DNA of 64,000 nucleotides, taken from Escherichia phage PSD2001. The translations under genes and the position numbers were made by a program. Shown here piece after piece: positions 1 through 10,493 of this stretch. The stretch's first letter is position 1, and every line of letters begins with the position of its first letter. The notes under the pieces were generated by a model that had not been told where the DNA came from, searched no databases, and was given only the letters and a program-made list of their open reading frames with translations. The stretch lies in sequence record OK254198.1, one strand, 5' to 3'.

Positions 1-617
1 CGCTTGAAGTCATTTATGATACCTTTAGTGATATAGGAGCAACAGGCTATCCTGTGCGCATAACGGAAGACGAGAGCACGTATTCATCAACAGGTGATGG
101 AACATCAACCGCAATTAGAAGGTTCCCCACAGAGGACCTGGTGACTCCTATGAGCACCTATAACCTTTTACCTTTGGATGTGCTTTACCTGAAGTTTCAG
201 ATGTCATTTGACGCCGCACTGAAAGCTGCCGGGACTGTAAGGACTTCGGTTCGATTCTTTAAAAGTCCTAGCACTTCTCCGATATCAAATACAAACATCG
301 ATATTGCGGCAAACGTTCCAGCTGGTGCATGGGCAAGTTTCGAAAGATATGTCGAGATTCCAGCGGGAGCCGATGGCTTTACAGTAGTAACATCAAGGAC
401 TGTAGCTGTGGGAACTGGGTCAATACGTAATATTGTTATTGGCGAGATAACCAGAGGCGATTCGGCATTCAAACCAGCTGAATTTGGTGTCAACGGCATA
501 AGGATGTCATATGCAAACGATGCAACAAATACAGGCAATACAATTGTAACATTACCAGATGCACAAGCTCCGAGAGCCGGCAAGATATATGCAGCCGAAC
601 TACGGGAAAAACAATAG
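1..617 (+). CDS. 35: Long tail fibre hinge/connector protein (gp35-like), 3' portion; 5' end lies outside the window
   Basis: Frame is open from window start to the stop at 615-617; sits directly upstream of the 36-37-38 block; followed by a hairpin terminator and a late promoter. Identity is positional only. Confidence 0.45.
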   Translation, partial: LEVIYDTFSDIGATGYPVRITEDESTYSSTGDGTSTAIRRFPTEDLVTPMSTYNLLPLDVLYLKFQMSFDAALKAAGTVRTSVRFFKSPSTSPISNTNIDIAANVPAGAWASFERYVEIPAGADGFTVVTSRTVAVGTGSIRNIVIGEITRGDSAFKPAEFGVNGIRMSYANDATNTGNTIVTLPDAQAPRAGKIYAAELREKQ

Positions 618-637
618 GACTCTTCGGAGTCCTTTTT
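616..637 (+). terminator. Rho-independent terminator after the gp35-like gene
   Basis: GGACTC-ttcg-GAGTCC hairpin followed by TTTTTT, overlapping the stop codon. Confidence 0.55.
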
Positions 638-641
638 TCGT

Positions 642-649
642 TATAAATA
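642..649 (+). promoter_or_regulatory. T4-type late promoter (TATAAATA) for the 36-37-38 operon
   Basis: Exact TATAAATA about 35 nt upstream of the gene 36 start; GAGGA Shine-Dalgarno before the ATG. Confidence 0.6.
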
Positions 650-684
650 CAAAATATCATATGCCGGTTGAAGAGGACTTATAA

Positions 685-1332
685 ATGGCAGATTTAAAAC
701 TAGGCTCAACAGCCGGAGGTTCGGTCCTCTGGCACCAGGGTAATTTCCCATTAACACCAGTCAGTAATGACTTATATTTCAAAACTTATAAAATTTATTC
801 CGAATATAACAAGCCACAAGCCGTCGATAACGATTTCGTTTCTAAAGCTCTTGGCGGTAATTATAAAGCAAATGTATATTTCGAACAAGGCCTGACATTT
901 AACGATTCAAATGGTTACGGGATTAAGTTGGGAGCGAGAACGGGCGGTGTACCATTTACCGCATCTTTCCGTATTAAGGGGCCGTTTGGATTTGAGACTG
1001 AAACGGGAACACCATTCGTTATTTTTGACCCTGACACTACAACAAGAGCAAAACGTCTTACTGTTATGGGTGATACGTTAGCTCGACAAATTTATGATGA
1101 AACAGGTCGTGTATTTTCTCCAGGGAATACTCCGTCAAAAGCTCAAGTTGGTCTTGGTAATGTAACTAACCAGCAACAGGTGGAACTAAATAATAGTACA
1201 TTGCAAACAATGACAGGTAACTTGTCAGCACCTAATTTCTTCTCTAGGAACCCTGCATCAGACCCGGCCCATGTGCCTCGTTTTGACCAAATCGTTCTTA
1301 AAGACTCCGTACAAGATTTTGGATATTATTAA
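685..1332 (+). CDS. 36: Long tail fibre distal connector gp36
   Basis: 215 aa; N-terminus MADLKLGSTAGGSVLWHQGNFPL resembles T4 gp36; lies immediately upstream of gene 37. Confidence 0.75.
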   Translation: MADLKLGSTAGGSVLWHQGNFPLTPVSNDLYFKTYKIYSEYNKPQAVDNDFVSKALGGNYKANVYFEQGLTFNDSNGYGIKLGARTGGVPFTASFRIKGPFGFETETGTPFVIFDPDTTTRAKRLTVMGDTLARQIYDETGRVFSPGNTPSKAQVGLGNVTNQQQVELNNSTLQTMTGNLSAPNFFSRNPASDPAHVPRFDQIVLKDSVQDFGYY

Positions 1333-1340
1333 GAGGCATT

Positions 1341-4300
1341 ATGGCTACTTTAAAACAAATACAATTTAAAAGAAGTAAGGTTGCCGGCGTTCGCCCGGCG
1401 CCAACAGTTCTTGCTGAAGGTGAACTGGCTATCAACCTGAAAGACCGCTTACTTTTTACTAAAGATGACACCGGCGCCATCATCGACCTTGGCTTTGCCA
1501 AAGGTGGTAATATCGACGGAAACGTTATTCATAACGGTAACTACAATCAAACCGGTGATTATACCCTAAATGGTACCTTTACCCAAACAGGTGATTTTAA
1601 TTTAACCGGTATTGCTCGTGTAACTCGTGATATTATTGCTGCAGGTCAGATAATGACTGAAGGCGGAGAACTTATTTCTAAGAGTGCTTCAACTTCTCAT
1701 TTGAGATTCTTTGATGGTGCATCACGTGAACGTGGTATTATCTTTTCTCCTAATAATGCAGGTTTGACAACTCAGGTAGTTAATATCCGCGTTCAAGATT
1801 ATGCCGCTGATAGCGAAAGCATTTATGCGTTTTCAGGCAACGGTGTATTTTCTTCACCTGAAGTATCGGCACGGAAATCTATTTCATCCCCACAAATTCT
1901 GACCGATAAAGTTATTACAGATGGGAAGAAGACGGGCGATTATGATATATCTTCATTAGCAAATAATAATTCTGACACGGATAAAAACTATTTGCGCATT
2001 GTACGTACCGACCCAGCGTCTGCAATACTTCATGAAATTTGCGAAAATAACGGCATAAGTTGGTATTCAGGTTCGACTCCAACTGAGTATATGTTGTCAT
2101 TTTCTTATTCCGGTGGGGTGCAGGCAGGACATTCTATTGCAGTAGGTATGGAATCAGGCCCGATGGTTGGTTCTGCCTTAGGTAAAGGTTCAATTGCCCT
2201 CGGTGATAATGATACCGGATTTAAATGGCATCAAGATGGGTATTTTTTTAGCGTTAATAACGGCACAAAAACTTTCCTTTCTGGCCCGGCGGAAACCACC
2301 AGTCTTAGAAAAATGGTTATGGGTTATTCTGTAAACGGTACCGATTTAACCACTCCTCCGGTGGAAAATTATGCTTTGGCTACTGTTGTCACTTATCATG
2401 ATAATAACGCGTTTGGAGATGGTCAGACTCTTTTGGGTTATTATCAAGGTGGTAATTATCACCACTATTTCCGCGGTAAGGGTACTACAAACGTTAACAC
2501 TGCTGGCGGTTTGTTAGTTACTCCTGGCAATATTGATGTTGTTGGTGGTTCTGTTAATATTGATGGCCGAAATAACAACTCAGTTTTGCTTTTTAAAGGT
2601 TATACCACTGGTCAGAGCTCTGTTGATAATATGTCTATTGCCGTATGGGGTAACACCTTTAATACAGTAGATGGCATCCGTAAAAACGTGATGGAAATTT
2701 CTGATGCAACTAGTTGGATGCATTATATTCAACGAACAACTGCAGGTAAAGTCGAATCTGTTATAAATGGCACCCAGATTGTTAATGAAAACTTGACAGT
2801 AGTAAAAAATGCTACATTTGACGGTACAATCAGCGCAGCCGGTGAAATCGCGACAAATGCTGTAAATGGTCTTCGTATTTGGAACAATGATTACGGTGCC
2901 ATTTTTAGACGTTCAGAAGGAAGTCTTCATATTATTCCTACAGCATTTGGCGAAGGACAGAATGGTGATATCGGCCCACTTCGTCCATTTAGTATATCTT
3001 TAGATACAGGTAAGGTTGTTATTCCTGACTTGGATTTGAGTTATGCTTCTTTTGCAGCAAACGGCTATATTAAATTCGGTGGGCATGGCGCTGGTGCAGG
3101 CGGTTACGATATTCAATATGCACAAGCAGCTCCTGTTTTCCAAGAAATTGATGATGACGCGGTAAGTAAATATTATCCTATTGTTAAGCAGAAATTCTTA
3201 CAAGGAAAAGCTGTTTGGTCTTTAGGTACTGAAATTAATTCCGGGACTTTTGTTTTGCATCATTACAAAGAAGACGGGACCCAAGGTCATACATCAAGAT
3301 TTAATGCCGATGGTACAGTTAACTTCCCGGATAACGTCCAAGTTGGTGGTGGTGAAGCTACTATTGCTAAAAATGGCAATATTTTCTCTGATATTTGGAA
3401 AACATTTACTTCAGCTGGCGATGTAACTAATATTCGAGACGCTATTGCCACCCGTGTTGCTAAAGAAGGCGATACAATGACCGGCAAATTAATCGTTAAA
3501 AGAGACTCCGACGCTATTAATATTGCTGCTGGTGATGAAACTGATTCTGGCTATTTACTTGGAACAGCAGGTGGAGTAAATTCTTGGTACGTTGGTAAAG
3601 GTGGAGCAGATGACAGTGTTTCATTTTATAATTTCAAAACTACCGCAGGAATTACTCTTAATAGTGTAGGTGATATTGATTTTAATGTTAAAAATCAAGC
3701 TACTGCAGCTTCATTAAATTTTTATCGCTTATATTTAAATGGAAGACAGTGGGTTGCTACACAAGGTCACGGTTATGGAAACCAATGGCAAACAGAAGCT
3801 CCTTATTTCGTCGACTTCGGTGAATCTGTTCCTAAAGATAGTTATATGCCAATTATCAAAGGAAAAAGCACTCTAATTACCGATGGATATTCTACTAAAG
3901 CAGACTTCGGTATTATTCGATTGGGTGGAGCTGCTACTTGGGGTTCTGCTGTTATTCGTGTGGGTTCTGCTGAAAGTGGCGATGCAAGTCACCCTAATGC
4001 TATATTCGTTTTTGGGGCCGACGGCACCTTAACCGCTCCCAATGCTTTGAATGCCTCAGGTCGAATGGGCATTGGTACAGCATGTACATTACCAAATGCT
4101 TCTCTTGCCATAGGTGATAACGATACAGGCTTTGCCACTAGAGGCGACGGAAGCCTAGGAGCCTATGCCAACGGTCAGAGTGTGTTCTTCTGGGAATTTA
4201 ACGGTATTACGACCGAGCAAAATAAGTTTTTAAACGTTAATGCCGGTATGTATGTTCGTGATAATATTGACGTTAATGACGTTTATATTCGTTCTGATAT

Positions 4301-4610
4301 CCGTTGTAAGTCAGAAATTAAGCTTATTGATAACGCCCAAGAGAAATCCAAACTCTTAGGTGGTTACACTTATTTGCTTAAAAACTCCGTTACTGATGAA
4401 GTTAAACCCTCTGCTGGTTTGATTGCACAGGAAGTTCAAGAAGTATTGCCTGAACTTGTGACTGAAGATAAAGAGACTGGCTTACTTCGTTTGAATTATA
4501 ACGGTATTATCGGTTTAAATACTGCTACTATCAACGAGCATACTGACGAAATCAAGGAATTGAAATCTGAAATTGCTGAATTGAAAGCATTAATTAAATC
4601 ATTATTATAA
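1341..4610 (+). CDS. 37: Long tail fibre distal subunit gp37 with a C-terminal intramolecular chaperone-like domain
   Basis: 1089 aa; N-terminus [13 protein letters not shown]...[12 protein letters not shown] matches T-even gp37; C-terminal about 110 aa ([15 protein letters not shown]...[25 protein letters not shown]) looks like an S74-type self-cleaving chaperone with a coiled-coil tail. Confidence 0.88.
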   Translation: MATLKQIQFKRSKVAGVRPAPTVLAEGELAINLKDRLLFTKDDTGAIIDLGFAKGGNIDGNVIHNGNYNQTGDYTLNGTFTQTGDFNLTGIARVTRDIIAAGQIMTEGGELISKSASTSHLRFFDGASRERGIIFSPNNAGLTTQVVNIRVQDYAADSESIYAFSGNGVFSSPEVSARKSISSPQILTDKVITDGKKTGDYDISSLANNNSDTDKNYLRIVRTDPASAILHEICENNGISWYSGSTPTEYMLSFSYSGGVQAGHSIAVGMESGPMVGSALGKGSIALGDNDTGFKWHQDGYFFSVNNGTKTFLSGPAETTSLRKMVMGYSVNGTDLTTPPVENYALATVVTYHDNNAFGDGQTLLGYYQGGNYHHYFRGKGTTNVNTAGGLLVTPGNIDVVGGSVNIDGRNNNSVLLFKGYTTGQSSVDNMSIAVWGNTFNTVDGIRKNVMEISDATSWMHYIQRTTAGKVESVINGTQIVNENLTVVKNATFDGTISAAGEIATNAVNGLRIWNNDYGAIFRRSEGSLHIIPTAFGEGQNGDIGPLRPFSISLDTGKVVIPDLDLSYASFAANGYIKFGGHGAGAGGYDIQYAQAAPVFQEIDDDAVSKYYPIVKQKFLQGKAVWSLGTEINSGTFVLHHYKEDGTQGHTSRFNADGTVNFPDNVQVGGGEATIAKNGNIFSDIWKTFTSAGDVTNIRDAIATRVAKEGDTMTGKLIVKRDSDAINIAAGDETDSGYLLGTAGGVNSWYVGKGGADDSVSFYNFKTTAGITLNSVGDIDFNVKNQATAASLNFYRLYLNGRQWVATQGHGYGNQWQTEAPYFVDFGESVPKDSYMPIIKGKSTLITDGYSTKADFGIIRLGGAATWGSAVIRVGSAESGDASHPNAIFVFGADGTLTAPNALNASGRMGIGTACTLPNASLAIGDNDTGFATRGDGSLGAYANGQSVFFWEFNGITTEQNKFLNVNAGMYVRDNIDVNDVYIRSDIRCKSEIKLIDNAQEKSKLLGGYTYLLKNSVTDEVKPSAGLIAQEVQEVLPELVTEDKETGLLRLNYNGIIGLNTATINEHTDEIKELKSEIAELKALIKSLL

Positions 4611-4613
4611 GAA

Positions 4614-4629
4614 AGGGCCTTCGGGCCCT
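4614..4629 (+). other. GC-rich hairpin with UUCG tetraloop between genes 37 and 38
   Basis: AGGGCC-ttcg-GGCCCT, 4 nt after the gene 37 stop and just before the GGAGG Shine-Dalgarno of gene 38. Confidence 0.5.
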
Positions 4630-4639
4630 GGAGGTTTTT

Positions 4640-5425
4640 ATGGCAGTAGTAGGAATACCTGGTTGGATTGGAACATCAGCAGTGGCCGAAACAGGTCAAC
4701 GTTGGATGTCTGCAGCTTCTAGAGAATTGCGTCTAGGGAACCCATCTTGGATGTCGCAATTTGCTGGTCGGTCAAGAGAAATTATTCACACAGTAAGTGA
4801 AAACCATAACTTTAACGGTCAATGGTTCCGCGACCGTTGCTTTGAAGCTGGCGCTGCCCCTATTGTGTTTAATATCGTCGGGAATATTGTATCTTATACT
4901 CGTGATGTTCCGTTGTTCTTTATGTATGGCGATACACCTAATGAATACGTTACTTTGAATATCCACGGCGGTGTTCATATGTGGGGACGTGGTGGGAATG
5001 GCTGGGCAGCAGGGGCGATAAATGCCTCAAACGGCGGGGATGTTATACAAAATGATATTGGGGGTCGATTACGTATATGGAACTATGGTGTCATTGCTTC
5101 AGGTGGCGGCGGTGGCGGTGGATATTCAATGGCCAACAACTGGGCTGGTAAGTATGTGGCCGGTGGTGGTGGTGGTCGTCCATATGGTTTAGGCGGTACT
5201 AATGGTGCCGCTTGGCCCGGTGGTAATGCTTCTTATGAAAGTCCAGGAGCTGGTGGTAATACAGGGCAATATTGGGCCGGTGCAGGTGGCGATGCTGGTG
5301 CCCCTGGTCAGGCTGCAAATCCTGGTCATGGTTATTCTACCCCTCCTATGGCCGCCGGACGCGCGGTGTTCGGAAGTTCTCCTGCTTGGGGGGCAACGGG
5401 CACTATCTATGGCTCATGGTTATAG
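4640..5425 (+). CDS. 38: Tail fibre adhesin gp38 (T2/T6-type, glycine-rich motifs)
   Basis: 261 aa; conserved N-terminus [11 protein letters not shown]...[13 protein letters not shown]; C-terminal half has poly-Gly blocks (GGGGGGG, GGGGG) separating short variable segments. Confidence 0.8.
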   Translation: MAVVGIPGWIGTSAVAETGQRWMSAASRELRLGNPSWMSQFAGRSREIIHTVSENHNFNGQWFRDRCFEAGAAPIVFNIVGNIVSYTRDVPLFFMYGDTPNEYVTLNIHGGVHMWGRGGNGWAAGAINASNGGDVIQNDIGGRLRIWNYGVIASGGGGGGGYSMANNWAGKYVAGGGGGRPYGLGGTNGAAWPGGNASYESPGAGGNTGQYWAGAGGDAGAPGQAANPGHGYSTPPMAAGRAVFGSSPAWGATGTIYGSWL

Positions 5426-5436
5426 TACATAAGCGC

Positions 5437-5444
5437 TATAAATA
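5437..5444 (+). promoter_or_regulatory. T4-type late promoter (TATAAATA) upstream of holin t
   Basis: Exact TATAAATA about 18 nt upstream of the t start, followed by AAAGGAG Shine-Dalgarno. Confidence 0.55.
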
Positions 5445-5462
5445 TCTTTAAAGGAGAAAAGT

Positions 5463-6116
5463 ATGGAACCAAAAGTAGGAATATCAATACCCGACCTACT
5501 TTTTGGACTTCTTGATAGAATTTTTAAAGATAATGCGACCGGGAAAGTTGTTTTTTCCAGGGTACTAGTTATTGTTCTATTATTTTTAATGGCGGTAATC
5601 TGGTATAAAGGTGATGCACTTTTAGATGCGTACAGGGATGCTTCATATGCCTCATACACTGAAATGATAAGGCAAGACCAGGATAACAGATTTAAAATTG
5701 CAGCTATCGAGCAAATCCAGATAGTCCACTCGTCAAGTGGGGCAGACTTTACAGCAATATATTCTTTTAGACCAACTAACCTTAACTACTTTGTGGATAT
5801 GGTGGGATACGAGGGGATATTGCCTGATACAGTCGACGAAAAAAATTTAGGTGGGTTTCCAATAGATAAAACTTCGGCGGAATATTTGGCGGGGGTTAAT
5901 GGTAATTATTTTGAATCCAGTACGGAATCTGTATTCTTACCAACAAAGAAAAAAAGCAGCTTCACATATATGTTCAGCTGCCCATTCTTTAATTTGGAAA
6001 ACGTTTATGCAGGTACAGTCTCACTGTACTGGTATAAGCAAAAACCTAACCTTGGTTTTGATAGGCTTTCTGCTATGTGTGGACAAGCAGGTCGTACGCT
6101 CGGGCGTACACGTTAG
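5463..6116 (+). CDS. t: Holin (T4 gene t family)
   Basis: 217 aa; FGLLDRIFKDNATGKV, one N-terminal transmembrane segment and a large C-terminal domain (FRPTNLNYFVD, MFSCPFFNLENVYAGT), as in T4 holin T. Confidence 0.85.
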   Translation: MEPKVGISIPDLLFGLLDRIFKDNATGKVVFSRVLVIVLLFLMAVIWYKGDALLDAYRDASYASYTEMIRQDQDNRFKIAAIEQIQIVHSSSGADFTAIYSFRPTNLNYFVDMVGYEGILPDTVDEKNLGGFPIDKTSAEYLAGVNGNYFESSTESVFLPTKKKSSFTYMFSCPFFNLENVYAGTVSLYWYKQKPNLGFDRLSAMCGQAGRTLGRTR

Positions 6117-6388
6117 AATCCGGAGGTATACATCATAAGATAACGGTGTATATCTTCGAATCCTTCGTTAAATTGTTCAATGATTTGTTCAATTTCATCT
6201 TCAGATAAACTTTTAAACAATTTGTTAAACGATACATTGTTTAACTCATTCCCATTCTCATTTCTCAATCCCAACTCATTCAAAAACGCGATAAACACAT
6301 CACGCTTCATCGTAATATCTTCCCGGTCGGTTTTAATCAAAATTGAAGTTACAGTAACAATTTCAGAAACGATTTCAAATTTAGTCAT
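6113..6388 (-). CDS. asiA: Anti-sigma70 factor AsiA
   Basis: 91 aa; IVTVTSILIK...FIAFLNE...FNEGFE...RYLMMYT matches T4 AsiA (90 aa); located right after t as in T4. Confidence 0.85.
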   Translation of the reverse strand: MTKFEIVSEIVTVTSILIKTDREDITMKRDVFIAFLNELGLRNENGNELNNVSFNKLFKSLSEDEIEQIIEQFNEGFEDIHRYLMMYTSGF

Positions 6389-6437
6389 TTTAATTTACTC
6401 AAGTATTCAATAAGACATTCAATTATTCAGTAAGGAT

Positions 6438-6467
6438 ATTGTACTATTATTCCTCTGGGTTGTACAC
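6438..6467 (-). promoter_or_regulatory. Candidate T4-type early promoter upstream of asiA
   Basis: Minus strand reads GTGTAC, 18-nt spacer, TACAAT; matches the GTTTAC/TATAAT early consensus loosely. Confidence 0.35.
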
Positions 6468-6611
6468 ATGATTTTCCATCTGTACAACATATTCCTGATA
6501 CATCTGTTCAACCGGTTCCTGGAACTTAAAATCAGTCCCAAGGAATTCATCAAAGCAAGTCTGTTCGCGTGTGCGTTGCCCAGTGATGGTGTTCTCTAAG
6601 TTATGACTCAT
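6447..6611 (-). CDS. Small hypothetical protein (54 aa)
   Basis: ATG with GGAG Shine-Dalgarno directly after the stop of the upstream gene; below the ORF-track size cut-off. Confidence 0.3.
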   Translation of the reverse strand: MSHNLENTITGQRTREQTCFDEFLGTDFKFQEPVEQMYQEYVVQMENHVYNPEE

Positions 6612-6621
6612 AGTTTACTCC

Positions 6622-6903
6622 TCAATCAATATAATCTTCTAAACCAAAATCATCAATTTCTTCTTGAATTTCTCTTAATACTTGTTCTTCATCTAGACCA
6701 GGACCAAAAATCACTTTAGCGTAGCCAGGTCGTTCACTAGAGAATCGAATTGTATATTCCGGTTGAATATAGCCAAAGCTGCTATCCAAATCACAAAGAA
6801 TTTCTGCATAGATTTCGGCTGGAACTGAAGCATGGATTTTAAAAAGCTCATCAATAAGAATAACCAATTCAGTTGCTTGATATGTATGGAGTTTAGTAAT
6901 CAT
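6622..6903 (-). CDS. Acidic small protein, possibly Arn-like anti-restriction protein
   Basis: 93 aa, strongly acidic C-terminus (EEQVLREIQEEIDDFGLEDYID); position between asiA and motA matches T4 arn (92 aa). Not verified. Confidence 0.4.
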   Translation of the reverse strand: MITKLHTYQATELVILIDELFKIHASVPAEIYAEILCDLDSSFGYIQPEYTIRFSSERPGYAKVIFGPGLDEEQVLREIQEEIDDFGLEDYID

Positions 6904-6992
6904 AGCCTTTACCCTTGTGCTTCTGCTTGCGTTTGGACTGCATTTCAGTTTTCTTCTTATCCTTATGGACAGACGCCTTATTGAAATCGTGT

Positions 6993-7271
6993 TTAGCTAC
7001 CAGGTTGTTCATGTAATTTCCTTAATTGGTATTCAAGAGAGCTAATAATTTCTTTATTAGTCGCAATATACATATCACGCAGGAAGGGCTTCAGGCCTTC
7101 CCTAACTCTATATGTGTTATCACTAATATCCTTTATATATTCATGGTCTAAAGCATCCCAACCTGGCTGGTTAACATAAGTTCCCCAGTTGTCTTCCATC
7201 ATAGTATTCAGATGTTTGATATGATTAATATGGTTTTCAATCGCATCAATTTGGAGTTGTTTAAGGTTCAT
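6993..7271 (-). CDS. Hypothetical protein (92 aa)
   Basis: Minus-strand ORF in the asiA-motA interval; stop abuts the next gene. Confidence 0.5.
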   Translation of the reverse strand: MNLKQLQIDAIENHINHIKHLNTMMEDNWGTYVNQPGWDALDHEYIKDISDNTYRVREGLKPFLRDMYIATNKEIISSLEYQLRKLHEQPGS

Positions 7272-7732
7272 TAGTAAAGGTCCTCTGAATAAAGTTCTTT
7301 CTCACTACCGCCACGTTCAATACGCACCTGATTTGCATAAGTCGCAATAATCATTGCTTCTTCGCGGGTCCAGTAATTGCTGTATTGGTCAATAAACCCT
7401 TGGTTATCACCGCAAACATGGTCTGACACAAGTTTATCACTTACCTGGTCAAGCACTTCTGCCATATCTTTTGAATAATGTCTGGCACCAGGAATAACCA
7501 GAGTCCCACCATCTTTTAACTTAAAGCGGTTGGCTGCGCACACAATCCTGCGCTGATATTTTTCATTGTTGTTCCAATGAGCAATCTGCCAACAGATTTC
7601 AGGAACTTCCTTTAGAATATCTTCTTCTGTGCATTTATAACCATGTGCTTTAAATTTTTCAGCAAGACTTTCTGGAGTCTCACGAGATAAAGGAACATTC
7701 AGCATTTTTAAACGATTAATAAATGGGTTCAT
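7271..7732 (-). CDS. Hypothetical protein (153 aa)
   Basis: Minus-strand ORF coupled by overlap to neighbours; no recognisable motif. Confidence 0.55.
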   Translation of the reverse strand: MNPFINRLKMLNVPLSRETPESLAEKFKAHGYKCTEEDILKEVPEICWQIAHWNNNEKYQRRIVCAANRFKLKDGGTLVIPGARHYSKDMAEVLDQVSDKLVSDHVCGDNQGFIDQYSNYWTREEAMIIATYANQVRIERGGSEKELYSEDLY

Positions 7733-8061
7733 TTAAACCATCCTTTAACACGTTGCCACAGACTTTTCTGTTGAGCTTTATTAACACCAATTGAGCGAAT
7801 AACTGGTTGTGATTCCAGGTATTCTTTATAGTCAGCTTTATAGACTTCATATGCTGCTGGAACAAAGGCACCAATCGCCGCCATGAAGTTCTTGCGAGCA
7901 CCAAATGGAGCTACTGCATCATCCTGGCGATGGATAAGATACTGACCAGCTTTGACCTTGACAATAGTCCCAAGGTAAGCGCCATGATACCAAACATCCC
8001 AACCCTCTTGAGTAGGTTCTACGCAAGCACGCAATTCATTAACAATATTCAGCTTATTCAT
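7729..8061 (-). CDS. Hypothetical protein (110 aa), motA.1 position
   Basis: Minus-strand ORF immediately downstream of motA. Confidence 0.5.
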   Translation of the reverse strand: MNKLNIVNELRACVEPTQEGWDVWYHGAYLGTIVKVKAGQYLIHRQDDAVAPFGARKNFMAAIGAFVPAAYEVYKADYKEYLESQPVIRSIGVNKAQQKSLWQRVKGWFK

Positions 8062-8068
8062 AATTTCC

Positions 8069-8677
8069 TCACTTTAAGATGTTAATAACATGTTGAATGT
8101 TTTCAGTTGACATATGATTGTCAATGTAGGTATTCAATCCACCTACTTTAACGCTAAATCCCACGTCTGTAAACTGTTTTACTATCTTTTGTTCAGTATT
8201 ATACGCATGCACGCGAATCTGACCATCACGACGTACATCAATCTGTTTTAATGTCTTGACACGCTTGAACTTCACAATCAGATTGCTGCGGTCTTCTGAA
8301 ATGCTCTTAAAGTCAATACCAATAGACAACAATTGCTCTTTGATATATTCTGCAGTCGCTTCCATTTCATCAGTCACACCGCGTTTTGTTCTTGTCTTCT
8401 TCACTTCCAGAAGGTCAGGATTATTTTCATTCGCCCAAAGTTCAGCTGCATCCAGAATAAGGTCAACGCCTTTTTCTGTAACCATCAAACCATCACCAGA
8501 AGCTTCAACATAGTTGTTATTCAACAATGTCTGCACACTATCAATTGATGTGTTCTGCTGGTCTAAAACAACCTCTGGACTCACGAAGTTGTTTTTGTAT
8601 ACAAACACCAGAGCATTGACATCAGTCTCATGCAGCGCGTTCTGGGAGCATTTAACGATATAATTTAACTTGTTCAC
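8069..8677 (-). CDS. motA: Middle-transcription activator MotA
   Basis: 202 aa; position between asiA and gene 52; SGDGL motif and overall size match T4 MotA (211 aa). Confidence 0.65.
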   Translation of the reverse strand: MNKLNYIVKCSQNALHETDVNALVFVYKNNFVSPEVVLDQQNTSIDSVQTLLNNNYVEASGDGLMVTEKGVDLILDAAELWANENNPDLLEVKKTRTKRGVTDEMEATAEYIKEQLLSIGIDFKSISEDRSNLIVKFKRVKTLKQIDVRRDGQIRVHAYNTEQKIVKQFTDVGFSVKVGGLNTYIDNHMSTENIQHVINILK

Positions 8678-8679
8678 AA

Positions 8680-8907
8680 TTATCCCTTAATAGATTTCAT
8701 GTAATTTGATGCATATGATTGTACCACAGTACGTTTCATATGGGAAGTAGAAACAATCACATCAATTGCTTGTTTACGTTCTTCTTTAGAGTTTGCCAGT
8801 TTGAACATGTCAAAGTAGTAGTAGCAAGCTTCTTTGTTAGATTTGAATTTGATGTTGATGTATTCTTGACCTTCATTCTGTTGTGCAGTAAACATTTTAT
8901 TCTCCAA
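8680..8907 (-). CDS. Hypothetical protein (75 aa)
   Basis: First ORF downstream of promoter cassette 8945-8974. Confidence 0.45.
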   Translation of the reverse strand: MENKMFTAQQNEGQEYINIKFKSNKEACYYYFDMFKLANSKEERKQAIDVIVSTSHMKRTVVQSYASNYMKSIKG

Positions 8908-8923
8908 AGTTTTTGTGATTCAG

Positions 8924-8976
8924 TGTGTAACTCAGTATGGAATCATTATGTCCTAAGACAAGGGGGTTGTACACTA
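8924..8976 (-). repeat. 53-bp early promoter cassette, copy A (identical to 35247-35299)
   Basis: TGTGTAACTCAGTATGGAATCATTATGTCCTAAGACAAGGGGGTTGTACACTA is present identically at both sites. Confidence 0.8.
8945..8974 (-). promoter_or_regulatory. T4-type early promoter
   Basis: Minus strand: GTGTAC, 18 nt, CATAAT. Confidence 0.45.
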
Positions 8977-8983
8977 CTTTTTT

Positions 8984-9011
8984 TAAAATAAAAAAGGACC
9001 CCGAAGGGTCC
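8984..9011 (-). terminator. Rho-independent terminator downstream of gene 52
   Basis: GGACCC-cgaa-GGGTCC hairpin followed by a T-run on the minus strand. Confidence 0.6.
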
Positions 9012-9105
9012 TAGTCTTTATCTATCTTATTACCAATAAACATACCAACAATCACACCTGCGATTGCCGCAAAAATACAAAGCAATGCAAACTCAACTCC
9101 AAAAC

Positions 9106-10485
9106 TCATAGAGCCTCCAAGTCATTAAGGTATTCAGTTTTAACATCAGTTGTCTTCCAGTATTCATGCTCAGCTTTCTTAGCCTTTGCTTCGTCTGCAA
9201 GCTTCTTGGCTTCATCAGAGGTCATATGGTAGATGTTCATCGCCACTAACTTCTCTGCATAATCGCCATATATTTCACTTGCCTGGAGTTCCTCAATCAA
9301 CTTCTTACGAGGTTTCCCCTGGATAACAACCTTACCGTCAATCACTTCTTTAATAAAGAAGACTTTTGCCCGGGCCAGTTTAAATGCTGCTTCAGTTTCT
9401 TTAATCTTACTGTCAATTCGCACTTGAACATAAGTCTTACGGACATCAACGAAATCGCGAATCAGGTCAAGCGTGTTGGTGTATTCGGCCAGCTTACCTT
9501 TGTGATTAAGCACCGTTAAGTTCTGGGAGAGCTTCTCAATCAGACCGAAGTCTTTCATGATTTTCTCATGATTCTCTTCTTCAGTACCATCCAACTTGTA
9601 TTCTTTGCGGAATTTAATCTTAAACCCAAAACCATGCTCGCCGCAGTTATCTTTCCAGGTGATAAAACCTTTCTCTTCCAGCGGGTCCAGGATTTTACTT
9701 GTATACTTTTCCAGGTTCCATTGGACCGGGATTTCAGTAATTTCCATTTGGGTCCTGGAGGTCATTTTGTATGTGCCATGAAGTTCATACTTACCAGGCT
9801 CTTCCAGCTCAACAACTTCACCGCGGAATTCTGGATATTTTACTTTCGGAGCAACCGGCTCACGACCTTCCACGATAGCTTTAACAGCTTCCTTGACGTC
9901 CTGGAACGAATGAGGAAGTATATCAGTAGCGAAGCCAACAGCAATCCCAGAAGTGGCGTTAAGTAATACAGTAGGAATAACAGGAAGATAAAAAGCAGGA
10001 GGCTTATGTTCTTCATCAGGATGGACCGGAGCATATTCTGTATCCTTAAACAAGTTATAAAAGTTCTTTGAAACCCTTGCGAATACATAACGAGCTGATG
10101 ATGCTTCTGGCACCATTCTGGAACCAAAGTTGCCTTGCCCATCAAACATGGGGTATTCATTTTTATATGTTGCGACCAGACCAGAAGTTGCTTCTTCCGC
10201 CGATGCTTCGCCATGGTGATAACCATAATCAGCTACGCCGCCGGCGATAGATGCAACTTTATGGAATTTATTCTTATCACCACGAGCCAGGTCTAATGCT
10301 CTCGCCATAACAAATCTGTGAACTGGTTTAAAACCATCAATCATGTTTGGGATGGCACGACCTTCCACAGTGTAGATAGCATATGATAATGCTTCCACAT
10401 CAATAATGTCTTTTAGACTGCGTGGGTTAAGGGTCCCCATGGAATCACTGAACTGTTTGGACATCATACTTAAAACGTCAGACAT
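9106..10485 (-). CDS. 52: DNA topoisomerase II medium subunit gp52
   Basis: 459 aa; AIPNMIDGFKPVHRFV...AGGVADYGYHHGE...ARYVFARVS matches T4 gp52 (GyrA-like cleavage domain). Confidence 0.9.
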   Translation of the reverse strand: MSDVLSMMSKQFSDSMGTLNPRSLKDIIDVEALSYAIYTVEGRAIPNMIDGFKPVHRFVMARALDLARGDKNKFHKVASIAGGVADYGYHHGEASAEEATSGLVATYKNEYPMFDGQGNFGSRMVPEASSARYVFARVSKNFYNLFKDTEYAPVHPDEEHKPPAFYLPVIPTVLLNATSGIAVGFATDILPHSFQDVKEAVKAIVEGREPVAPKVKYPEFRGEVVELEEPGKYELHGTYKMTSRTQMEITEIPVQWNLEKYTSKILDPLEEKGFITWKDNCGEHGFGFKIKFRKEYKLDGTEEENHEKIMKDFGLIEKLSQNLTVLNHKGKLAEYTNTLDLIRDFVDVRKTYVQVRIDSKIKETEAAFKLARAKVFFIKEVIDGKVVIQGKPRKKLIEELQASEIYGDYAEKLVAMNIYHMTSDEAKKLADEAKAKKAEHEYWKTTDVKTEYLNDLEAL

Positions 10486-10493
10486 ATATCACC

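Noticed and set aside
5202-5432. 76-aa plus-strand ORF overlapping the 3' end of gene 38
   Set aside because: It is an alternative frame of the Gly-rich gp38 region and is not independently supported.
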